Part shown: in pieces, positions 16,976 through 23,987 of the stretch
How the letters are laid out: every line of letters starts with the position of its first letter
Position numbering within the stretch: position 1 is the stretch's first letter
Assembly (NCBI GenBank): GCA_964555265.1
Contig: CAZKRS010000001.1
Span: 1-31,960, forward strand
Direction: 5' to 3'
Length of the DNA stretch: 31,960 bases
DNA from: an uncultured bacterium
GTDB lineage: Bacteria > T1Sed10-126
The notes under the pieces: generated by a model
Database searches by the model: none
Told to the model about the DNA's origin: nothing
The model's input: only the letters and a program-made list of their open reading frames with translations
Made by a program: the position numbers and the translations under genes

Positions 16976-18106
16976 ATGAATCCCGTTAATTCCGTTTTAG
17001 GGCCCCGCCGGGTGACCTGGGAAATGACGCAGGTCAGCACAATTGACTGTCTTCACTGGCGGATAGAGAGCAAAAACAAGCCCGATCCGGATGAACTAAC
17101 CACCAGGGAAGGTAAGAACTTAATAGATCAACTGGATGAGCTGGGCACCAGGAGATTGATCCTGGCCGGCGGTGATCCTCTTGAACGCAACGATCTTGGC
17201 GAGCTAATACAATACGCCCGGGAAAAAAACATAAAATTAACCCTCCAGGCAACTCCCTCGGATAAACTTGTATCAAAAGTTATCAATGATTTTTCCCGGG
17301 AAGGTTTTTTTCGGATCAGTCTCCCCCTTGACGCTCCTTATCCCGAACTGCACAACAAATTCTGGAACAAAAAAAATGTTTTCCAGGATACAATCGAACT
17401 TGCGTATGAAATCCGGGAAAATGAAATGCCCCTGCAGATTAACACCGTGATTACCAGCCAGAGTGCTCCCCTGATGGCTGATCTATTTTTGAAAATTTCT
17501 TCTTTAAATCCCGTGACCTGGAAAATTTATTTCCTGGTCCCCACCGGCGGTGATGAAACTTTCCAGCCCCCCGGATTCCACGTTACAAGAATAATTTTTG
17601 AAGAAATTTACGAGCTGGAGCAAGAGGTAAATTTTGAAATATTAGCGGTGGAAGCTCCCTACTACAACAGGTTCTGGCTGGAAAATAAAACTGAAGAACT
17701 GGGGATTAACCTCGAGCAGTATACTTCGACACTAAATCCACTTTCCGTGGAAAAAGTTGATGAGTTTCTGCGGAAAAAAATAACGTTCAACCCGAAAAGA
17801 TTTCGCCGCCAGCCGGGGCGGGAGAGTTTGTTCATAAATCACCGGGGAACGGTTTACCCGGGCCGGTTCTTACCGCTGGAATGCGGCAACCTGCGCACGC
17901 AATCAATCAGGGAGATATTCCGGGACTCCCCCGTGTTAAAACAACTGCGAAATCCTTTAGAACTTGGTGGCTGCTGTCAAAAAACCAACTGCTGGGCCCG
18001 GGAAATATGTGGGGGATCCCGGGGCCGGGCTTACTTCTTTTCAGGCGACCACATGGGAACCGATCCTCTCTGTTTCTACCATGCCTTAAAAACCATGCGA
18101 CCTTAG
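16976..18106 (+). CDS. Radical SAM/SPASM-fold protein (TIGR04053/AhbD-NirJ-like) with degenerate SAM-cluster motif
   Basis: WEMTQVSTIDCLHWR where CxxxCxxC is expected; GGDPL, QINTVIT, FLVPTG, EAPYY and C-terminal CGGSRGRAY..DPLC retained; GGAGGT RBS before ATG 16976. Confidence 0.85.
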   Translation: MNPVNSVLGPRRVTWEMTQVSTIDCLHWRIESKNKPDPDELTTREGKNLIDQLDELGTRRLILAGGDPLERNDLGELIQYAREKNIKLTLQATPSDKLVSKVINDFSREGFFRISLPLDAPYPELHNKFWNKKNVFQDTIELAYEIRENEMPLQINTVITSQSAPLMADLFLKISSLNPVTWKIYFLVPTGGDETFQPPGFHVTRIIFEEIYELEQEVNFEILAVEAPYYNRFWLENKTEELGINLEQYTSTLNPLSVEKVDEFLRKKITFNPKRFRRQPGRESLFINHRGTVYPGRFLPLECGNLRTQSIREIFRDSPVLKQLRNPLELGGCCQKTNCWAREICGGSRGRAYFFSGDHMGTDPLCFYHALKTMRP

Positions 18107-18165
18107 AAGTGTGAAAGTGTGAAAGTGTGAAAGTGTGAAAGTGTGAAAGTGTGAAAGTGTGAAAG
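18107..18165. repeat. Octanucleotide tandem repeat (AAGTGTGA) x7 plus AAG
   Basis: Seven perfect units beginning at the base after the TAG stop at 18104-18106. Confidence 0.98.
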
Positions 18166-18268
18166 CAAAAACGGGAAAATCTAACAGGTCAGAAGGCGAA
18201 CTGGCGCAAAAATTTTGGCTAAAATCAAAGACGACGAAAGTCAAACACCTACCGGTCTAAAATTTATG

Positions 18269-18461
18269 TGTGCTCTCCCAGGGTTTTGGTTACAAACCAG
18301 GGAAGAATAAATAAGGTCTCTGATGATCTCATTCTCGCAGCCCTCCGGGCTGCTCCGAGGTTTATATCCCGCATAACAGGAACCTCCTGTCCCTTGCGGG
18401 TTATAAAATTCCGATAATCAGAAACCTCATTTATCTGTAAATGGATTACTGGGAGAATACA
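18269..18461 (-). mobile_element. 193-bp MITE, copy 2 (inverted relative to copy 1)
   Basis: One mismatch to copy 1 (at 18286); 7-bp direct repeat ATTTATG at 18262-18268 and 18462-18468. Confidence 0.93.
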
Positions 18462-18463
18462 AT

Positions 18464-18685
18464 TTATGATTGGCTGAGCGGGCAGCTTCCGTCGGTGCAA
18501 TCCCGGGGCTGGCAGGCCGGCGGCGGGGCTTGAGACCGGTTTCCCACGGCAAACCTGCTCAACTGCCGGGTAGTCTCTAAACTGCCGCAGCGGGGGCATT
18601 CAGCCTCCTTATCACGGTTATCGCTGCCTCGTCTGAGACTAAAGCCCTCGCCACATTCATTGCAGTTGTAACGATAAGTGGGCAT
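18464..18685 (-). CDS. FmdB-family zinc-ribbon protein
   Basis: MPTYRYNCNECG...CPRCGS signature, plus Cys58/63/68 tail; AAGGAGG RBS. Confidence 0.88.
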   Translation of the reverse strand: MPTYRYNCNECGEGFSLRRGSDNRDKEAECPRCGSLETTRQLSRFAVGNRSQAPPPACQPRDCTDGSCPLSQS

Positions 18686-18720
18686 TGTTTTCCTCCTTAA
18701 GAACCGTTAGAAAATATGCG

Positions 18721-20016
18721 CTAAAAACTGTAGCGCAGACGGCTGTAGAAAAGATCGTTATCGTCAAGGCCGCCAAAACGGGTATCATCATATTCGGAAT
18801 CAAAATGAAGCGTTCCGGCGTAGATGTTGATTGAATCACTCCACTCGTAATCCGCTTCGAGGCGAAGATTGTAGTCTTCTTCGGTAATACCAAATAATCC
18901 CCGTGCTTCAACCACCAGGCGATCATCCCAGTATTCACGGGTAGTTGCCACCTGGAGGCGATATTTATCCCGCTCGGTGGCCGGATGGTCATCGTCCAGA
19001 TCATTTTCTGCTTGCCGGCGTGCTTGTGAAGCGTCGTCATCGACCAGCCAGGTCCCCTGGAGCATATAGGTTACCGTGGGCCGGGTCTGGTATTCAAGAC
19101 CGGCCATGAGCTGATACTGGTCGGAGGGCAGGTTCGGATTAGAACCGGCATCCTCGGCCCTGATATCCTCATAAGCTCCCTCAAGCCAGACAATCGCCCC
19201 ATACAGCGGCCCCCGGAGCGAAACTCCGCCTGCAGCCAGTTCAGGGTGGTATACCTCCGAATCAGAATCGACGGTTCTAACCGCCCGGGGCGTTCCCGTG
19301 AACCCCCGGTAGCCGTAGAGTGCTGTCTCCCAGCGACCAAAATTTCTGTGGACTCGCAGGTGAACTTCTCCATCCGAAATATCATCCCGTGGTCTTGCCA
19401 CTCCCGGCAGGGTATCTCCGGCAGAGCGCAACTCGCCCTCTCCCGGGTGATATACCGGCAGGATTAGTCCCCGGGGCGTCCGGTCGGCTTCAAACCTGGG
19501 CATCAGTGCGAGATCAAAGTTAAAATGATCCAGGTAACCGGCCAGGCGGAGAGCATCGTTAGGAGCCTTCAAATACTCAAGATCCCGCCCCAGGAAAAAA
19601 GAACGGTAATCCTTGGTAAACCTGTCGTTAACAAATTCATAGCGAGCGGGACCCCAGCTTAAAGTCTGCCGCCCCACCGTCAGATCATAACGGTGACCAA
19701 CGGGCAGCATCAGGGAACCTTCGCGCAACTCAACCTCCACGTCCCGCCGGCCCTCATGTTTGATAAGTCCCCGGAGGGTTGCCTGGGAACCGGCGGTGCC
19801 ATACCAGCGGTTCTCAAGCATAATCCTGTTCTCTTCGAGAACGTTTCGCTCTTCTATCGGCCCGTCGTTATCGTAGCGAACTCCCAGGGCCGGCTCAACA
19901 TAACCCTCAACGTTGAGGTTACCGTAGACAGGCGCGCCACTGAGGGCAAACAGCAGTGCCCCGAAAATGAGCAGTGAAAGAACAGCAGCAAGTTTAGGCT
20001 TATCACAAAGTTTCAC
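18721..20016 (-). CDS. Outer-membrane beta-barrel protein (DUF1302-like)
   Basis: Signal peptide; VGRQTLSWG; amphipathic strands; C-terminal beta-signal YSRLRYSF; context with LolA-like and MMPL genes. Confidence 0.7.
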   Translation of the reverse strand: MKLCDKPKLAAVLSLLIFGALLFALSGAPVYGNLNVEGYVEPALGVRYDNDGPIEERNVLEENRIMLENRWYGTAGSQATLRGLIKHEGRRDVEVELREGSLMLPVGHRYDLTVGRQTLSWGPARYEFVNDRFTKDYRSFFLGRDLEYLKAPNDALRLAGYLDHFNFDLALMPRFEADRTPRGLILPVYHPGEGELRSAGDTLPGVARPRDDISDGEVHLRVHRNFGRWETALYGYRGFTGTPRAVRTVDSDSEVYHPELAAGGVSLRGPLYGAIVWLEGAYEDIRAEDAGSNPNLPSDQYQLMAGLEYQTRPTVTYMLQGTWLVDDDASQARRQAENDLDDDHPATERDKYRLQVATTREYWDDRLVVEARGLFGITEEDYNLRLEADYEWSDSINIYAGTLHFDSEYDDTRFGGLDDNDLFYSRLRYSF

Positions 20017-20029
20017 GGCTATCCCTCCT

Positions 20030-20848
20030 TTACGGTTCTATCCACCGGGTTGGCGGACGGCGCAAATACCTCTCGGTAAAGATGTCCTCTCCAATCCCGA
20101 GATCGTATTCAATATCACTCATCTCAGCAACCGTATGCCCCTCCGTCCGGTGGTTCTTAGCTTTCTGAACCGTGGGAGTGACGTAACCGTCAATCTCCTC
20201 CCACTCCTCGAGAGTCAGGGTGCGGTGCTTGTCGCCACCGGGAGTATAGAATACACCTTTTACCGGCAGTTTTGTTTCCCGGGAGATATGCATCTCGTAG
20301 TAAGAAAATTCAACCAGGTCTTCATCTTTTGGATTTCCCCGGATAATATCCACGGTTTCACCGTCGATATGATCCATGCCGACGTAGGCGAAGGTATCCG
20401 CCTCGGGATGCCGGCCAGTCATGTCCTCGTAGGTAAAGTTAGAACCGGCAAAACTGTTTCTTTTCTGCCGACCGGTTATCCGCTGGACCATATCCATAGC
20501 CGGCAGATAGAGCCAGCGATCGTCATCATCACCGGGATAGGTATGAACCATGAAGACCATCCGGCGCAGATCGGCCGGCTGGCGAAAATAGGAATAATAT
20601 TTCTGACGATCCTCTCCCGTATTTTTCCGGAGCAGGGTAAGTTCCCTGGTTCGAACATTTCCCCGCCGGTCTTCAATCCTCATTGTTGCCTGCCAGCGGA
20701 CATCATCCCCCGGAAGATAGGCGGTCCGGTAGGACTCATAGGCCAGCCGGGCCGGATCAGGCTCCTCGGCCGGCAATTCAGCCGGTGTAAGCAAAAATAC
20801 AGCAAAAGTAACGGCTAACATGAAATATAACTTGAAATTATTCATCAT
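20030..20848 (-). CDS. LolA-like periplasmic carrier (outer membrane lipoprotein-sorting protein family)
   Basis: Signal peptide; YFRQPADLR, DDDRWLYLPA, RITGRQKRNSFAGSNFTYEDM signature. Confidence 0.88.
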   Translation of the reverse strand: MMNNFKLYFMLAVTFAVFLLTPAELPAEEPDPARLAYESYRTAYLPGDDVRWQATMRIEDRRGNVRTRELTLLRKNTGEDRQKYYSYFRQPADLRRMVFMVHTYPGDDDDRWLYLPAMDMVQRITGRQKRNSFAGSNFTYEDMTGRHPEADTFAYVGMDHIDGETVDIIRGNPKDEDLVEFSYYEMHISRETKLPVKGVFYTPGGDKHRTLTLEEWEEIDGYVTPTVQKAKNHRTEGHTVAEMSDIEYDLGIGEDIFTERYLRRPPTRWIEP

Positions 20849-20869
20849 AATCCCTCCTGAATAAGGTAA

Positions 20870-21073
20870 CTAATTTTTGTTATCAACCGATTCAAGTCCA
20901 CATTTCCCATAAAACCATTTGGCCGGACAGGTGCCGGTGAAGGCCGACTGGATCAAATTCAAAGAGACAAAACCTGTCAGCCAGAGCCACATATCAGAAT
21001 GAAATACTGCCAGCAGAACTGATATTCCCACCACTATCCCGGCCGTCAGTCGCAGAGCTTCTTCAACTGTCAT
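20870..21073 (-). CDS. DUF2892 (YgaP-like) small membrane protein
   Basis: Two TM helices, LIQSAFTGTCP motif (Cys49). Confidence 0.88.
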   Translation of the reverse strand: MTVEEALRLTAGIVVGISVLLAVFHSDMWLWLTGFVSLNLIQSAFTGTCPAKWFYGKCGLESVDNKN

Positions 21074-21074
21074 T

Positions 21075-23414
21075 TTAATCCACCTCTCCCGAAGAAAGAT
21101 AAGGGTGAAAAACTTCGAAAAACGAGAATAAACCCAGCAGCGTTGCCACGCCGGAAAGGGCCATGATAGTAATCATGAACACGCCCACGGTAACATAGGG
21201 TCTGAGCGGTGCTAAAAGCAGGGGCGTAAATCCAACCGCTATCACGATTGCATTTCGAGCAATCGCCCGGGCCGGTTCGCCGGAAATCAGCTCCCGGACC
21301 CGCTCCCACTGTTCATCCGCAGACAACCCGGGGTTCTCAAGTGCCACTTCCCGCATTATCTGGCGGCCACGTTGAATGAAATGAATCGCAAAATCTACCG
21401 CAATTCCAATACTCAACGCCGACAGGACAGCCACAGGCATATCATAGTCCTTCCCAATCCAGCCGACCATTCCATAAACTACCACCAGGGTAAAGGTCAG
21501 AGGAACCAGAGCCAACAGCGCCCAGCGCAGGCTGCGAAACAAAAACAGCATCATGATAAATATTGCCACGTAACTGCTGGCCAGGGCCCAGGCCATCCCC
21601 CAGACCATTACCTGCTGCCAGGCTACGTTGACTACGGTAATGCCTCCCCACTCGGGCTCAGCGGCCAGCTGAAGACCGGAGCCGGCAACAAGTTCCTCAG
21701 TTTTTTCTCGAACGGCGGACATAACCTGGTTATCCCCGCTCTGCAGGTGAAACCAGACGTTCACTTTTTGCCCGTCCGAAGAGACCAGCCGGAACAGATC
21801 CTCGGGGTTGCCGCTGTTTTCATATAGAAACAAATATTGCTGAACGGCCGCCGGCGAACCCGGAAAGTTCTCCTCGGCTTCCCCGGCGTGCAGTTCATGA
21901 TGTATCTTGCTGACTATCCCCGGCAGGGCGGTTGTTTTTCCAACCTCCTCCAGGGACTGTATTTCAGTTGTCAGGCGCTCCAATTCCTGCAAATTTTCCG
22001 GAGAATACCATCCACCGGCCTCCTTTTCCAGGACCATGTAGGCCGGATAGGAACCGGCAAAAGCCTCGTTGAAATAATCGTCCGCCTGGCGGATTGGATG
22101 GCCGCCCAAAAACCAGCGGGTAGGATTATCGTTCACCTGGATAAGCCCCATCCCGTAAATTCCCAGGAGAATAACTACCAGACCGAGGGAAAGAATCAGG
22201 TAAGGATGATCCCGTATCACACAGCTGCAGTCATGACAGCAGCTAACCAGCCGGCCTATCAGTGATTCTTCACCTTTCTTTGCCCGGGGCTTGGGCTGCC
22301 ATACGGAAGCACCGGCCGGCAACAGCGTCAGGGTGGTCAGAAAGGCCAGCAGAATTCCACTGGCCACGGCAATTCCAAATACCCTTACCGGCGGTATCCC
22401 GGTCAGACTCAGGGAAACAAAACCGGCGGCGGAAGTTAAACTGGTAAAAAGTATGGGGAAAAATATCTCCTCATATACCTCCGCCAGGACCTTCCGGCTG
22501 GAACTACCGGGACTCATCCTGTCGGTAAAATCACTCAATATATGGATGCTGTCAACTACGGCCACCGGAAGCAGAAATATTGAGATCATGGAACTCATAA
22601 TATGTATTTCAAACCCCAGGCCAATCACCCCCCCCATCGTCCACAATACGGTGATAACCGCCTGAAATAAAGCCCAGAAAACGAGACTGAAACTCCGGAA
22701 AAACAGGAGCATTAAAATGCCGATAACCACGAAAGCTATCGGGGCGGAGGTGGCCATCTGCTGGAACATCTTGTGGCCAAAAGTTTCTTCAGCCACCGGC
22801 AGGCCGGTAACATGTATTTTGCCCTCTGCCTGCTCCTGTTCCGACCAGAACTGGTGAATAGCCTGGCGCAGGGGGAAACTGTATTTTTTCTCCTCGATGG
22901 GAACAAACAGGGCCATCGCCCCCGACTGGCGGTTTAAAACCATCTCGGAAAGGACGGGATGTTTTTCAACCCGGTCGATTAAATTTTCCACCGCCGGGCC
23001 GTCCTCGGGCGGACTGCGCAGGAAACGATCAACATTAATGCTCCCGGCAACACCTTCTATGTCGTCGCTTGTATAGACGCTCAATATATCTTCGTAGACA
23101 ACTCCTTCGTGCCTCTCCACCATCTTCACCAGGTCATAGAGAACCTCCAGGCGGCGGGCAGTAATTTCCCGGTTATCTTCGGGAGGTTCAAGAGCGACCG
23201 CCACCATGTCATGGAGAAAAAACTCATCCTCGATCTGCCGGTCAAGAACCCGGGCGGGATGGTCCTCACGGAGCATATCCTCGGGATCCGTATTTATCTG
23301 GATATTTGGAAACTGAAACAGCATGAAAGCTGTGACAGCTATAACCAGTCCAAACACCACGTAAGGATGATCCCAGCAAAATCTTGAAATAGCACTTTTC
23401 CATGTAAACTTCAT
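21075..23414 (-). CDS. MMPL/RND-superfamily transporter
   Basis: Two repeats of TM plus periplasmic domain plus 5 TM; VVDSIH (TM4) and GIAVDFAIH (TM10) motifs; GGAG RBS favours ATG 23414 over GTG 23423. Confidence 0.92.
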   Translation of the reverse strand: MKFTWKSAISRFCWDHPYVVFGLVIAVTAFMLFQFPNIQINTDPEDMLREDHPARVLDRQIEDEFFLHDMVAVALEPPEDNREITARRLEVLYDLVKMVERHEGVVYEDILSVYTSDDIEGVAGSINVDRFLRSPPEDGPAVENLIDRVEKHPVLSEMVLNRQSGAMALFVPIEEKKYSFPLRQAIHQFWSEQEQAEGKIHVTGLPVAEETFGHKMFQQMATSAPIAFVVIGILMLLFFRSFSLVFWALFQAVITVLWTMGGVIGLGFEIHIMSSMISIFLLPVAVVDSIHILSDFTDRMSPGSSSRKVLAEVYEEIFFPILFTSLTSAAGFVSLSLTGIPPVRVFGIAVASGILLAFLTTLTLLPAGASVWQPKPRAKKGEESLIGRLVSCCHDCSCVIRDHPYLILSLGLVVILLGIYGMGLIQVNDNPTRWFLGGHPIRQADDYFNEAFAGSYPAYMVLEKEAGGWYSPENLQELERLTTEIQSLEEVGKTTALPGIVSKIHHELHAGEAEENFPGSPAAVQQYLFLYENSGNPEDLFRLVSSDGQKVNVWFHLQSGDNQVMSAVREKTEELVAGSGLQLAAEPEWGGITVVNVAWQQVMVWGMAWALASSYVAIFIMMLFLFRSLRWALLALVPLTFTLVVVYGMVGWIGKDYDMPVAVLSALSIGIAVDFAIHFIQRGRQIMREVALENPGLSADEQWERVRELISGEPARAIARNAIVIAVGFTPLLLAPLRPYVTVGVFMITIMALSGVATLLGLFSFFEVFHPYLSSGEVD

Positions 23415-23443
23415 ATCTATCACTCCATTAGTTTAACTTGAAT

Positions 23444-23803
23444 TTAAAAAATAGAATCGTTACCGTTAACCTGGTCAAAATACCGGGATTCCTCTTCTAT
23501 CACCTTTTGAATATAATCACAAGCACTGCTGCAAATTTCTATAACATCCTCCCCCGCTATCCGGTAATAGCTGCTTGTCCCCCTGTTTTCCCGTTCCAGA
23601 ACGTTGTTTTCCTCCAGCACTTTTAAATGCTTGGATATATTTGCCTGGCTATATCCCAGGATTTCAGTCAACTCCTTAACATTTTTCTGACCCTCCCGTA
23701 AAATTCTCACTATTTTCAAGCGAAGCGGATGCCCGAAAGCCTTGAATATCCGGGCAACCCGTTCTATATATTCCTCGGGAACCGGGCGGGATTCATTTTC
23801 CAT
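23444..23803 (-). CDS. ArsR/SmtB-family transcriptional repressor
   Basis: FKAFGHPLRLKI, SQANISKHLKVL winged HTH, RGTSSYYRI; only Cys are C91 and C95; AAAGGAGG RBS. Confidence 0.93.
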   Translation of the reverse strand: MENESRPVPEEYIERVARIFKAFGHPLRLKIVRILREGQKNVKELTEILGYSQANISKHLKVLEENNVLERENRGTSSYYRIAGEDVIEICSSACDYIQKVIEEESRYFDQVNGNDSIF

Positions 23804-23830
23804 AGTTTAAACCTCCTTTGATCCATTAAT

Positions 23831-23859
23831 AGTATATAACTATATAGTTATTAAGTCAA
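23831..23859 (-). promoter_or_regulatory. sigma70 promoter with 16-bp perfect palindrome (candidate ArsR operator) in the spacer
   Basis: Minus strand TTGACT (23859-23854), 17 nt, TATACT (23836-23831); ATAACTATATAGTTAT at 23836-23851. Confidence 0.8.
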
Positions 23860-23987
23860 GAAGAAATTTTGCACCACTAATTCTGTACATACCGGGGGTT
23901 GCCCGGTTATTTTTATCAGAAAACTACAAAATTTGAACAGGAAGGCAAATCGATTCAGCTTAAACAGCTGGCTTGATTTTCAGGCGG

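Noticed and set aside
18107-18165. Repeat array as CRISPR or as CRP sites (TGTGA)
   Set aside because: Contiguous 8-nt units with no spacers and no cas genes; TGTGA occurs only as direct repeats without the TCACA half-site, and lies downstream of genes
19967-20818. 283-aa plus-strand ORF, and similar long ORFs at 3576-4040, 21372-21827, 23973-24500, 25041-25493, 26297-26824, 27316-27828 and 28279-28752
   Set aside because: Antisense shadows of well-supported genes, with no recognisable motifs
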